Source: Eledone cirrhosa (Eukaryota). From it: a stretch of 64,000 bases of DNA. The first letter of the stretch is position 1; every line of letters begins with the position of its first letter. The stretch is taken from NCBI GenBank assembly GCA_964016885.1, contig OZ024743.1:92194001-92258000 (forward strand), written 5' to 3'. Shown here one piece after another: positions 1 to 14,119 of the stretch. A program made the translations under genes and the position numbers. Below the pieces are notes generated by a model. That model did not search any database and was not told where the DNA came from. It was given only the letters and a program-made list of their open reading frames with translations.

Positions 1-380
1 TATAGGGCAGACAACTCATGTTTATAGGGGGACACTCCACACTTATAGGATGACATCTCACATTTATAGGAGGATACTTCATGTTTATTGTGGGTCACAT
101 CATGTTTATAGGGAAACACTATATTCTCCTGTACTCATAAGTATGATGTATAGTGTAATAAAACCTTATAGTTACCTCCCTTTTAACTTACGTTATTCAA
201 GGGATTTGTCTATTATAGATATATTTGGGATTACCTACTCTTAGAACTCTCCTATACTTTCAAAAATCTTGGTGGGAAGCCATTTTTAGTTATATGACAG
301 GCTGAATGAGTTGGGGTTGAATAACACAACGGAACTTATGTACTTGTACATGTCACTGTTGTAACTAATTATATATATAT

Positions 381-1703
381 TGGAAGCACGGCCTAGAATC
401 ATAGAGAAGAAATTCCAAACATGGAAGCACGGCCTAGAATCAAAAGGCCTTAAAATTAACCTGGCTAAGACTAAAGTTCTAGTTTGTAGGAAAGAAAATA
501 AGGCGGCGGTCCCTTCCGGGAAATGGCCATGCTCAGTGTGTAGGAAAGGCGTAGGTAGAAACTCCATTTTATGTCCCAAATGCAAAGTATGGGTGCATAA
601 AAGATGTAGTGGGATCACAGGTAAGCTAACTAAGAACTTAGATTTTACATGTGGGCGGTGCTCTGGTGCAATAAGTAGCAGCGAGTGCCCACAAAATACT
701 TACTCTTTCAATTGCGCAGAGGGCTCTATAGAAATAGTGGACAGCTTCCGTTACCTGGGTGACAAAATCAGCAGTGGGGGAGGGTGCTCTGAAAGTACAG
801 TAGCTAGAGTCAGAACTGGATGGAAAAAGTTCAGAGAGCTTATACCACTATTAGCCGTTAAGGGGTTCTCCCTAAAAATGAAAGGCAGGTTGTATGATGC
901 CTGCATACGAACAGCAATGTTGCATGGCAGTGAGACCTGGGCATTGTGTGCAGAGGATATACGCAGACTAGAGAGGAACGAAGCTTGCATGCTCCGCTGG
1001 ATGTGTAATAGTAATATACGTGAACGGCAAAGCATAAACGAACTAAGGAAAAAATTAGAAATAAGAGGGATCAGATGTTGTTTATTCGAGAGAAGGCTAC
1101 GTTGGTACGGACACGTGATGCGCATGAAAGTCGATAGCTGTATAACAAAGTGCAGGGCAATAAAGATAGACGGTAGCCACGGAATAGGCAGACCTAGAAA
1201 ATCCTGGGACGAGCTGATAAACTCCGACCTCACACACTTACACCTCTCCAAGACAATGTCACTGGACCGAGACCTTTGGCGGTACTCAGTAATAGAGAAG
1301 ACCCGCCTTACCTAAATACATAGTAAAACCTACTACAGCCAGTCGGCATCTCTAACAAAATACACCCCCGTCCCACCACCCACACCCCATCCACACCACC
1401 CCCTCCTATGTAAAGTTATGTTGGTGCCACAACATCCAGGCCGAAACAAATGAGATCGTGTAGGTGCCACGACAAAAAAACACACAGTCCACGCTGTAAT
1501 GTGACCGTGTAGGCAACACGGTAAAAACCTCCCAGTCCCACACTGTAAATGTGGTTGGTGTTAGGAAGGGCATCCAACTGTAGAAAACCCGCCAGACAGT
1601 CCTATGCGAGCAAGACAATCACTCTTGCCTCAAGTGGGAATACCCCCGTCCAAACCCATGCAAGCGTGGAACACGGACGTTAAACGTTGATGATGATGAT
1701 GAT
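381..1703 (+). mobile_element. RTE-clade LINE, 5'-truncated, PHD-containing family (subfamily A)
   Basis: ORF 380-1315 has KTKVL, a C4HC3 finger, FRYLGD, MLHGSETW, RRLRWYGHVMR and GRPRKSW. The 3'UTR ends in (TGA)n and the element sits next to (TA)n. Confidence 0.93.
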
Positions 1704-1999
1704 ATAAATATGTTTATGTATTTGTTTTGCAAGAATCTTGATGTGAAATTGTATGTTGAAACTGATATTGTTATATTTGAGGATTGTCATGCTGCCAGTA
1801 TTGCCAATAAAACTACTCACACACCATATGTTTATCACTTTAGCTTTATTATTAGTTATTTGTTTTGTTTGTCAAAGTTCTTTCATCTCACATTCTGTGA
1901 CCTCCTCAATGACCATTTATTCTCTTTTGTGTCTGCTCCTACCTCTGGTCTTAATCTGTTATTTAAAAAAAACAAAAAGACAAGATGGACCATGTTCAG

Positions 2000-2945
2000 T
2001 GACACATTATGTGATATTGTGGTGACAGATTATGTAACATGTTTAGTGACACATTATGTGACATTGTGGTGACACATGTAACATGTTGGTGTCACATTAT
2101 GTAACACATTGGTGACACATATGTGACCCACGATGTCACATGTAAGACATTAGTGACACAGTGTGAAACATGTTGGTGTCACATTAGGTAACACATTCAT
2201 GACACATTATGCAACATGTTTATAACACGTGACATGTTTAGTGACACATTATGTAACATGTTGGCAGCACATTATGTAATATGTTCATGATACACTATGT
2301 AACATGTTAATAACACATTGTTTAACCTGTTGGTGCCCAACTATATAACATGTTGGTATTACATTGTGACATGTTGGTGACACAATATGTAACATGTTCA
2401 TGACACATTGTGTAACATGTTGGTGTCACACTATGTAACATGTTGGTTACAAATATGTAGCATGTTCATGATACATTATGTAACATGTTTTGTGTCACAT
2501 TATGTAACATGTTGGTGTCACATTATGTAAAATGTTAATGTCACAATGTGTAACATGTTGGTGACAATGTGTAACATGTTCATGACACATTATGTGACAT
2601 GTTTTATGTCACATTATGTAACATGTTATTGACACTATGTAACATACATATTCACGACACAATATGTAACATGTTAATGACAGATTAAATAACACATTGA
2701 TGGCATATTATGTAACATTTCATGTCACAATGTGTAACATATTGTAGAGACATGGTGGTGACATATTGATGTCACAATATGTAAGATGTTGGTGTCACAT
2801 TGTGTAACATGTTGACACATTCTGTCACATGTTCATGACACATTATGTGACATGTTGATGCCACATTATGTAACATGTTCATGATACATTATGTGACATG
2901 CTGGTGACGCACTGTAACATGTTGGTGGCAGATTATGTAACATTT
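2000..2945. repeat. Degenerate ~23 bp minisatellite (CATGTTGGTGACACATTATGTAA)
   Basis: Direct reading; about 40 diverged units. Confidence 0.9.
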
Positions 2946-4732
2946 TACAGGATTCCTGTTTAAATTAAAATCTTCCAACATAATATGATATAAAACCTTT
3001 CGTTATGTACAAAGATCATCTTAATATTGAAATCATAATGAAAAATTTAGAGGGGTTTACTAAAATTAATTAATTCAAATACAATGTATTTCTTTAGACA
3101 TATGGTAATGGAAGTTGAATCTAGATTGGAAACATGATTTACTCATAATTTTTCTCTCCTGCTATATTGAAATATTTCTTCCCTCAAACCTCCAGGCCCC
3201 CCCCCCTCCCCCCAAAAAACAAACAACAACAACACTTCAAAACAACAAAACAAATTATAAACAAGAAATATAAAAATTCAAAAAGATCAGCAATTCATTT
3301 ATTTTTGATATTCTCAACTACTTGCTAATGATATGGAGTATAGTGATGTTAAATGTGTAACGAGGAATAATTCTATATATTAGTTTCATTAATTAGAGTA
3401 ATATGATAGTTTAATGAAAGACGATGCTAAAGGCTGTTATAATGGAAGTTCTGCATAAGTAAAGAAAAACTGCAAAGTAATTTGACATTTGTTCATTAAG
3501 TAAATTAGGTAAGTGGAATATATTCCCTTTTATCTGAAATTCTATCCTGTTTTCTGGAGGCTTGGTTGAAAGGAATATTCTATTTTAACAACAAACAAAC
3601 AAAGAATAATATCATAGTTTTATTGAGTTCAAGCTTGATTATTGAGTTCAAGCTTGATTATTGACAGGTTTGAAACTATAAACTATATATGGGCTAGATA
3701 AATTCTGTAGATAGATCTTGGTTCTATGATACAAAGCTGTTTATTTTAAAGTGTTTATATTTATCTATAAAAAAAAACCTTCCATCATAATTTTATGTAG
3801 GAATTTTTTTAACGCATTTAAATCGGCTGTATCTGGCCAGAATTATCTCACCTCTTTTTGTTTAAACCGGTCATAACTGGCCACTCATACTTATGGTAAG
3901 TATTGTTCTCAAAATAAATATCAACATTTTTTCAAAATTATTTGAAAATTATATGCATTAGAAATATGGTAATAAAAGTGTTAATATTCTTTAACCCCTT
4001 TGATACCAACATGCCTGAAACCAGACCTAGTTATACAATACAAAACAGCTTATATCTAAAAACTTTACAACATGATTTTATGTAAGAACTTTTTGTTACT
4101 CGGGAGGGGGGTGGGGTGGAAATCAGTCATTTTTCTAGGTTGTCTCCGTTGAGCTTTTTTAAAAACCAGAATTCGTTTAGTTTCCATATTGAGACCCCAA
4201 TCCATCTTATTTATTTTATAGCATATGAGATTTCTAGTAATATACTTCTTTTGACATGTATAATGTGTTTTAATGTCTAAAGAAAATTTATTGCAGGAAT
4301 GCTACCGCTTAAAATAACATTTCGCTGGGGATAGAATAGCAAAATTTAAGCCGGGGTGGAGGTGGAAAAAAATCTGAAAAATTAATAAGTAGGGTTGGGG
4401 GTAATTATTTGAGACATGAGAGTACTTACACAGTAATTTCACATGCATGTTTTTTCCATTGATCGAACAACTGGCTGGAATACTCAACAGGATTATTCCA
4501 ATCTCCCCGCTTATTCCAACTCCCTTCCCCTATTATTTGGGACCTGAGAGTAGCTGACCATTCCGTAGACACATGTTCCCTAAACATGGTTGTTAGGGAA
4601 GATTCAGCATGACACAGTGTGTGACAAAGCTGACTCTTTGAATTACAAGTACAGTCCATCTGATGGGCTTTCAATTTCGCTACTCAAAATGCAGAGGTTG
4701 ATCCATGGCAAAAATGATGCCCAAGATGCCAT

Positions 4733-4734
<2 letters not shown>

Positions 4735-4765
<31 letters not shown>

Positions 4766-5100
4766 GACACAAATGACACACATACACGGACACATACACA
4801 CACACACACACACATGGATACATACACACACATGGACACATACGCACACGTATGGATACATACACTCACACATGGACATGGACACATACACACATAGACA
4901 TGGACACATACACACATACATGGACACATACACACACTCATGTAAACTTATACACACACATGGACACGGACACACACATGGACACATACACACATGGACA
5001 CTCACACACATGGACACATACACGTTATCACTTGTGTACGCACACATAAACACATACACTCATATGTTAGCACACACACATGCATTTTATGTGTGTGTGT
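4735..5100. repeat. (CA)n-derived CATGGACACA low-complexity tract
   Basis: Direct reading. Confidence 0.9.
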
Positions 5101-5339
5101 GTTGACTTTGTTTAAAATGTAAACATTTATAAGAACAACACTATTATTATTATTCTGGTTCTTTAGTAGAGGGAAGGGATGTATGTCGCTGTTGTGATAC
5201 ACAGATAATCTCTGTCTTTTATCCTTTCAAGGTCAAGCCTCTACCTGGACTGTGTACTTGCTAGAAATAGCAGTCAAATCTCCCCTCAAATCACTGCCTA
5301 CCATCTTATATAAGGGCAGGACTCATTAGATAAAACTAT

Positions 5340-5680
5340 CATCATCATCATTTTTACATCTGTTTTTCCATGCATGGGTTGGACAGGTCTTTCTCAGCAC
5401 AGCATTTCTCCACTCGCTGCTTTTCTTCGTTATCTCTGTGAGTATCAGTGATTTGAAGTCAGCTCTCACCATCTCTGCCCAAGTCTTTCTCAGTTTACAT
5501 GCTACATATACTGTGGCTTCCTTCCACTGGCATTTCCTGGCACTTCTTCACCAATCAATCATCATCCATGTACATCACATGTCCCAATGCACATCACCTT
5601 GGATTCCTCTTAAACCCAGCTTCTCCTTCAGCTCATCCAAGCTCTGCCTTTCTCTCACACATTGCACATCCAACAAAGAA
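5340..5680 (-). mobile_element. Decayed RTE LINE 3' end
   Basis: (CAT)n tail plus remnants of GHVM..MDDD..VKKCQEMPVEG. Confidence 0.7.
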
Positions 5681-6046
5681 TGATTAGATAAAATAATAAT
5701 AGATATTCCTTAAATAATCAAGATGGAGGTTGTTATGGCTGCAATGACTTTGATCATGTCTGCTCAGTCAGGATTGACCTAGGGCTAAATGGCAACAACA
5801 TATTTTATGTTTGCTTTTCATGCTGGCATGAGTTGGATTTGTCATCACCTTCCTAACATCAACCATTTTACAGAGTGTACTGAGTGCATGGTTTCTATGA
5901 CTAGATAACCTTCCTAACACCAACCACCTTACAGAGTGTACTGGGTGTATGGTTTCTATGACTACATCACCTTCCTAATATCAACCATCTTACAGAGTGT
6001 ACTGGGTGCATTGCATGCACAGCTATAGTGGAATCAGTTCAATCAA

Positions 6047-6360
6047 TCAGAGCTTGTGCTCACTTGATCGCAATAACAGGTGGTCAGCTGATCCCAGTAT
6101 CATGTCATCAGTTGATCTCAATAACAGGTAGTCAGTTGATTTTAATAACAAGTGGTCAATTGATCCCAATTGCAAGTGGTTAGTTGATCTCAATAACAGG
6201 TGGTCAGTTGATCCTAATAACATGTAAGTTGTCGATCCCAACAACATGTGGCCTGTTGATCCAAACATCAAGTGGTAATTTGATCCCAACAGCAGGTGGT
6301 CAGTTAATCCCGAAAGCAGCTGATCAGTTGATCTCAATAGCAGAAGGTCTGTTGACAACA
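6047..6360. repeat. Degenerate 24 bp minisatellite
   Basis: TTGATC.CAATAACAGGTGGTCAG units. Confidence 0.85.
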
Positions 6361-7032
6361 ATAGCAGATGGTGGTGAAATGAAAGTCATTATAGACTTGG
6401 ATGAGATGTCTTGTGGTTTTGTTCTGCCTCTTTGTAAGAGGCCAGCTAAACCTACATGGGTGTGAGCAGTAACAAAATTAAGTTCAAATCCTGCTTTGGT
6501 CAAATTTACTTTTCATCCTTTAGGGCTCAATAAATATAGTACCAGCCCAAAGAAGGTAGATTAGCAAGGTCAATATAGTAACTGTCCTGAGAGGGTAGAT
6601 TACCATGATTGCTAAGGCATTGAAGCGGATTGATTTCATCTGTGTGTTCTGAGATAAAATCTCACATTCTGTCATCAACCTGATAGGATAGAGGCTTTTA
6701 TTGTTAAAATACTTTAAGAAACTCTTACGAAATGCAACCATGTAGGAGGCCAGCTATCTCTACATAGTCCTATCATGTTGTTACTGCTCACACCCATGTA
6801 GGTTTAGCTGGCCTCTTACATGGTTGCATAAGAGGATTTTAATAATATCATGTTGTTACAACTCACACCTGAAACCCTTATCATTAAAATACCTTAAAAA
6901 CCCTTTTATGAAATGTAACCATGTAGGAGGCCAGCTATATCTATATAGGTATGAGCTGTAACAACAACATGATATGATTGAAACCCTTATCATTAAATTA
7001 CCTAAAAAACCTCTTATGAAATGTAACCATGT

Positions 7033-7910
7033 GATCATCATCATCATTTGGTGACCTCAACCGAGATTGACTCAACAATTGATCTCCACGTGGGTCTGTC
7101 GTTCATTGCCATTGCCAAGTCCTGAATTTCAATACCAGAATCCCTGGAGATGACATTGAGATAGGAGAGCTTGTGCCCCCTGTTATTAGTTACTGCATGT
7201 GGTTTCCAACGGACTAATAGGAACACAGCTTCAGAGGTGGCATGATGGCAGTGGCCAGCAAATTTTACTCTCCTTTTACGTACGACAGATATGCGTGGGA
7301 GGCTGGCATGTATTTCTTTCAAATTCAGATCGTCGAAGTAGGCAAGTGTAGGTGCCATCAATGTCCTTGTTTCACTTCCATATAGTAAAATTGGTTGAAT
7401 TGTTACTTGGAAGAGTTTGATTTTGGTGTGGTTGGAAAGATTGGAGTGCCAAACTTAATCCATCAAGCTGACCAAAATCCTTCCCAGAGTCCATGATTCA
7501 GAACCTAAGATACTTAAAATCCTCCACTTGCTTGATATCACAGCCGGTGATTGCTTTGATGTTGTTGCCTGTACAGTTTGATATGTACTCTGTTTTACCC
7601 TCGTTGAGATGAAGGCCAAGGAGGGCGGCTGCTTCCTGGAGAGATGTCAAAAGTTGTTGCACATTTTCTAGGCAATCTGCAAGAAGTGCAATGTCATCTG
7701 CAAACAGCATGTCTTTGTTTATGCTGTCAAAAGCTTTTCTAAAGTCAACAAAAACTAGAGCCATTTGTCTGTTGGAGATTTTCATCTCTTCCACTACTCT
7801 TCTCAAGGCCAAAATTTGTACAAGTGTAGATCTACCATGCCTAAAACCGTTTTGGTTGATGCAAAGGATTGGATCAACATATGGAACTATACAGCTGAGG
7901 ATTAGCTTAT
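7033..7910 (-). mobile_element. RTE-clade LINE of a different (non-PHD) family, internally deleted
   Basis: FVDFRKAFDSI, LFADDIALL, FKYL, RRVKFAGHC; (CAT)n tail at 7035; interrupts a ~110 bp host repeat unit. Confidence 0.85.
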
Positions 7911-7989
7911 TGTAGGAGGTCAGCTATATCTACTTAGATGTGAGCTGTAACAACATGATATGATTGAAACCTCTATCATTAAATAACCT

Positions 7990-8560
7990 AAAAAACTTCT
8001 TCTGAAATGTAACCATGTAGGTGTGAACTGTAACAATAAGACAGTAAAAACTTCTTCTGAAATGTAACCATGTAGGTGTGAACTGTAACAATAAGACAGT
8101 AAAAACTTCTTATGAAATGTAACCATGTAGGTGTGAACTGTAACAATAAGACAGTAAAAACTTCTTCTGAAATGTAACCATGTAGGTGTGAACTGTAACA
8201 ATAAGACAGTAAAAACTTCTTCTGAAATGTAACCATGTAGGTGTGAACTGTAACAATAAGACAGTAAAAACTTCTTCTGAAATGTAACCATGTAGGTGTG
8301 AACTGTAACAATAAGACAGTAAAAACTTCTTCTGAAATGTAACCATGTAGGTGTGAACTGTAACAATAAGACAGTAAAAACTTCTTCTGAAATGTAACCA
8401 TGTAGGTGTGAACTGTAACAATAAGACAGTAAAAACTTCTTCTGAAATGTAACCATGTAGGTGTGAACTGTAACAATAAGACAGTAAAAACTTCTTCTGA
8501 AATGTAACCATGTAGGTGTGAACTGTAACAATAAGACAGTAAAAACTTCTTCTGAAATGC
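7990..8560. repeat. Near-perfect 55 bp tandem repeat, ~10 copies
   Basis: AAAAACTTCTTCTGAAATGTAACCATGTAGGTGTGAACTGTAACAATAAGACAGT; period measured 8101 to 8156. Confidence 0.97.
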
Positions 8561-8759
8561 AACAATGAAGGAGGCCTGTTAATGCTACATAGGGATAAGC
8601 TGTAATAACAACATATTTATATATATTTTGATAAAAAAAAACATTATTATTAAAATAGATATCATTAAAACACTTAAAAAAACTCCTATGAAATGCAACC
8701 CAAGGAAGGAGATCTGTGAGGTGAAATGACCGATGCAGCGGCTGTTGCTGGCTTCTCTC

Positions 8760-9010
8760 TATGACAATGCTGAAATACACTACCCAGCCAATACCCATGT
8801 TTTAGTTCCATGTAACATCACACTGCATACACTGGCATCATACAATCTACTCTTTTGCTTGGAGAAATAATCCCTTTGTTGTCAACAGAGGTAGTTCCTC
8901 CCTGAACTTTTTCGATCCTGTTCTTATTCTAGCTACTATTCATCTTCCTTCACTACTAATTAGATCACCTATGTAACACAAACTATCAACTACTTCTGTG
9001 GATCCCATAT
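8760..9010 (-). mobile_element. Decayed RTE LINE fragment
   Basis: Remnants of EVVDS.CYIGD..KKFREELPLLTTKG and MLHG. Confidence 0.6.
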
Positions 9011-9184
9011 TTTATAACATATGGGATTTCTTGTAATGTTCTTTCTTTGTCATGTATAATGTTATTTAATGTCTAAAGAAAATTGTCACAGGAATGTTAC
9101 CACTTAAAATAAAATTTCCCTCAAGATAGATTAGCAAAATGTGATATGCGGAGTTGGGGGGGGGGGGGGGGGGGGGTTAATATG

Positions 9185-9815
9185 CTGGTAGAGGGTCGGA
9201 CTCCATGCTTCTGAGTTCAAATCCCGCCAAGGTTAACTTTGCCTTTCATCCTTACGGGGTCGATAAAATAAAGTACCAGTAATGCACTGAGTAATTGCTG
9301 GCCTTGTGCCAAAAAGTAGAAACAATTATTTATACTATTGTTACTAGTATTATTAATGTGTAAGTGGATTAGCAGTATCGGTAGAGCATTGGGTAACATA
9401 CTTTGTGGCATATAGTTATGGCCCTTTACATTCTGAGTTCAAATCCTGCTGAGTTGGCTTTGCTTTTCATCATTTACGGAGTCAATAAAATAAAGTACCA
9501 GTAACACACTTTCCCCTCCTCAAAATTATTGGCCCTGTGCCTAAATCAAAAACCATTATTATTAACGCAGTGGATTGACAGTATTGGTAGGGCATCGCAC
9601 AACATACTTTGTGGCATAGGGTTACCTCCCTTTACGTTCTGAGTTCAAATCCTGCCATGGTTAGCTTTGCCTTTCATCCTTAATTGGTCAATAAAACAAA
9701 GCACCAGTAATGCACTGGGGGCGATTTAATCCAGTTTCCCTTCCCCAAAAAATTGTTGGCCTTGTGCCTAAATCAGAAACCTTTATTATTACTATTATTA
9801 TTATTATTATTATTA
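9185..9815 (+). mobile_element. Three head-to-tail SINE family 1 copies
   Basis: Three GAGTTCAAATCC + core + (TTA)n units. Confidence 0.85.
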
Positions 9816-9945
9816 TTATCTTTTTACACAGCTTTGAGGGTTACTGCGTGTAGTTTAGGGCTCTACATCAGGCTTAATATAAACTTAAGACATTTTCTTC
9901 TCTCTCATCTAATATACAAAACTTCCAACTTCTTCTTCTTCTTTT

Positions 9946-9976
<31 letters not shown>

Positions 9977-10184
9977 TTTTCTTCTTCGTCTTTTTCTTCT
10001 TTTTCTTTTTCTTTTTCTTTTTCTTTTTCTTTTTCTTCTACTTCTCCTTCCCATGAAAGAGTTAAAGAAAGCAACTTTCATTATCATCAATTTGTCTATT
10101 CATTGTTGTTGTTGTTGTCATGGTGTGCTGTAATCAAGAACATTTATGATAACAAGTATTCCAGCCAAAAAGTATCAATCCTGT

Positions 10185-13180
10185 AAACCACCAATACACT
10201 ATAAACTACTAATACACCAGTGTTAACCACCAATACACTATAAACTACTAATACACCAGTGTTAACCACCAATACACTATAGACTACTAATACACCAGTG
10301 TTAACCACCAATACACTATAAACTACTAATACACCAGTGTTAACCACCAATACACTATAAACTACTAAAATACCAGTGTTAACCACCACTATACTATAAA
10401 CTACTAAAATACCAGTGTTAACCACCAATATACTATAAACTACTAATATACCGGTGTTAACCAGCAATATACTATAAACTACTAATATACCAATGTGAAC
10501 CACCAATATACTATAAACTACTAATATATCAATGTTAACCACCAATATACTATAAACTACTAATATATCAATGTTAACCTCCACTATACTATAAACTACT
10601 AAAATACGAGTGTTAACCACCAATATACTATAAACTACTAAAATACCAGTGTTAACCACCAATATACTATAAACTACTAATATACCAGTGTTAACCATCA
10701 ATATACTATAAACTACTAATATAACAGTGTTAACCACCAATATACTATAAACTACTAATATGCCAATGTTAACCTCCACTATACAATAAACTACTAAGAT
10801 ACCAATGTTAACTACCAATATACTATAAACTACTAACTAATATACCAGTGTTATCTACCAATACACTATAACCTACTAATATACCAGTGTTAACCTCCAC
10901 TACACTATAAATTCACTACTAATATACCAGTGTTAACAACCAATACACTATAAACTACTAATATACCAGTGTTAACCACCACTATACTATAAACTATTAA
11001 TATACCTATGTTAACCACCAATATACTATAAACTACTAAAATACCAGTGTTAACCTCCACTATACTATAAACTATTAATATACCAATGTTAACCACCAAT
11101 ATACTATAAACTACTAATATACCAGTGTTAACCTCTACTATACTATAAACTATTAATATACCAATGTTAACCTTCACTATACTATAAACTACTAATAACC
11201 AGTGTTAACCTCCACTATACTATAAACTACTAATATATCAATGTTAACCACTAATATACTATAAACTACTAATATATCAATGTTAACTACCAATACACTA
11301 TAAACTACTAATATACCAGTGTTAACCACCAATACACTATAAACTACTAATATACCAGTGTTAACCTCCACTATACTATAAACTACTAATATATCAATGT
11401 TAACCACCAATATACTATAAACTACTAATATACCAGTGTTAACCACCAATACACTATAAACTACTAATATACCAGTGATAACCTCCACTATACTATAAAC
11501 TACTAATATATCAATGTTAACCACCAATACACTATAAACTACTAATATACCAGTGTTAACCTCCACTATACTATAAACTACTAATATATCAATGTTAACC
11601 ACCAATATACTATAAACTACTAATATACCTGTTTTAACCTCCACTATACTATAAACTACTAATATACCAGTGTTAACAACCAATACACTATAAACTACTA
11701 ATATACCAGTGTTAACCACCACTATACTATAAACTACTAATATACCTATGTTAACCTCCACTATACTATAAACTACTAATATACCAGTGTTAACCTCCAC
11801 TATACTATAAACTATTAATATACCAATGTTAACCTCCACTATACAATAAACTACTAAGATACCAATGTTAACTACCAATACACTATAAACTACTAATATC
11901 CAATGTTAACCACCAATATACTATAAACTACTAATATACTAGTGTTAACCACCACTATACTATAAACTACTAATATACCAGTGTTAACCACCAATACACT
12001 ATAAACTACTAATATATCAATGTTAACCACCAATATACTGTAAACTACTAATATACCAGTATGATCCACCAATACACTATAAACTACTAATATACCAGTG
12101 TTAACCACCAATATACTATAAACTACTAATATACCAGTATTCACCTCCACTATACTATAAACTACTAATATATCAATGTTAAGCACCAATATACTATAAA
12201 CTACTAATATACCAGTATTAACCTCCACTATACTATAAACTACTAATATATCAATGTTAACCACTAATATACTATAAACTACTAATATATCAATGTTAAC
12301 TACCAATACACTATAAACTACTAATATACCAGTGTTAACCACCAATACACTATAAACTACTAATATACCAGTGTTAACCTCCACTATACTATAAACTACT
12401 AATATATCAATGTTAACCACCAATATACTATAAACTACTAATATACCAGTTTTAACCTCCACTATACTATAAACTACTAATATACCAGTGTTATCCACCA
12501 ATACACTATAACCTACTAATATACCAGTGTTAACCTCCACTACACTATAAATTCACTACTAATATACCAGTGTTAACAACCAATACACTATAAACTACTA
12601 ATATACCAGTGTTAACCTCCACTACACTATAAACTAACTTCTAATATACCAGTGTTATCCACCAATACACTATAAACTACTAATATACCAGTGTTAACCT
12701 CCACTATACTATAAACTACTAATATATCAATGTTAACCACCAATATACTATAAAGTACTAATATACCAATGTTAACCACCAATATACTATAAACTACTAA
12801 TATACCAATGTTAACCACCACTATACTATAAACTACTAATATACCAGTGTTAACCTCCACTATACTATAAACTACTAATATATCAATCTTAACCACCAAT
12901 ACACTATAAACTACTAATATACCAGTGTTAACCTCCACTATACTATAAACTACTAATATATCAATGTGAACCACCAATACACTATAAACTACTAATATAC
13001 CAGTGTTAACCTCCACTATACTATAAACTACTAATATACCAGTGTTAACCACCAATACACTATTAACTACTAATATACCAATGTTAACCACAAATACACT
13101 ATAAACTACTAATATACCAATGTTAACCACCAATACACTATAAACAACAGATATACATGTGTTAACCCTGTAAAATACCA
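10185..13180. repeat. 39 bp minisatellite, ~75 copies
   Basis: TAAACTACTAATATACCAGTGTTAACCACCAATATACTA variants; period measured 10202 to 10241. Confidence 0.97.
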
Positions 13181-13183
13181 ATA

Positions 13184-13343
13184 CAGTGAGATTCCGTTAT
13201 AACCAAATTCACGGGGTATAAAAAAAATTCGTTGTAATGAAAAATTGTTTATAAAGAGATTGACCTAACACATCGAGCGTGTGGCCGAAGATTGAAAAAA
13301 ACTTAATTATACTGAAAAATTCGTTATAACGGAATTTTACCTT
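13184..13343. mobile_element. pogo/Tigger-type MITE
   Basis: TA|CAGTGAGATTCCGTTATAAC ... GTTATAACGGAATTTTAC..|TA terminal inverted repeats. Confidence 0.7.
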
Positions 13344-13389
13344 TATTAGTCTTCAGTGTTAACCTCCACTATACTATAAACACAGAGGC

Positions 13390-13615
13390 TCATCAGATCG
13401 GTGCTTGTCCTGGTTTCTGTGGTGTGAAGCAACTGAAAGTAAAAGACTCCCTCATGGACAGGATGACAGTCCATCGCAGGATTATACCCCCAGCTGGGTA
13501 TACTAGAATAATTTGAAATGGTGTGTTTTGCTCAAGAACACAACACACACCCAGTTCAGGAATCGAACCCACGACTTTATGATCGTAAGTCCAACACCTT
13601 TACCACTAGGCCACG
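13390..13615 (-). mobile_element. tRNA-derived SINE
   Basis: Reverse strand: TGGCCTAGTGGTAAAGG..GGTTCGATTCC..TCTTGAGCAA. Confidence 0.75.
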
Positions 13616-14119
13616 TTTCAGTGTAATCCAGAAATAAAATCATTGTTTTGTTGCTCACACCCGGTTCTGTATATTACCGAAGTTCAATTTACCTTTCATA
13701 TTTCTCGAGTCGATAAAATAAAACACCAGTCAATTACTGGTACTGGGGTCGATAAAATAAAGTACCAGTCAATTACCTGTACTGTGGTCGATACAAACAA
13801 ATGTCAGACAATTACTGGGGGTCGATATAATCGACTTTCTCTCACCCCAAATTGCTGGCCTTGTGCTTTAATTAGAACTATTTTAATTCTACTAGCTGCT
13901 CCAGTAGAAATTCCACGGTTTAATTAGAAACAACCACCAAGTATTAAAGATCAATATTTATATGTTATGTCAATTATTTATTATAGGTAAGATTTTATTT
14001 ACATCTTAGTAAAAACTTTAATAGAAAAAGAAAGAAAACAATTTTAGATTGAGAAGAAAAAATGGAATGTAAAATAAGAAAATATAAAAATAAAAACAGA
14101 AAAAGATGGGGGAGGGGGT

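Noticed and set aside
751-1251. Antisense ORFs over RTE copies (also 26143, 49975, 51897)
   Set aside because: Shadows of the RT reading frame with no independent coding signal.
4590-5105. His/Thr-rich and other low-complexity ORFs (also 9753, 17639, 20711, 54865, 61846)
   Set aside because: Translations of microsatellites.
7920-8798. Overlapping ORFs in three frames
   Set aside because: Translation of a 55 bp tandem repeat.
9155-9177. Poly-G run as a functional G-quadruplex (poly-C at ~60426)
   Set aside because: Simple homopolymers with no contextual support; lengths may be unreliable.
10144-13181. Val/Ile-rich 13-aa repeat ORFs on the minus strand
   Set aside because: By-product of a 39 bp (multiple of 3) minisatellite; broken by indels, with no start context or splice support.
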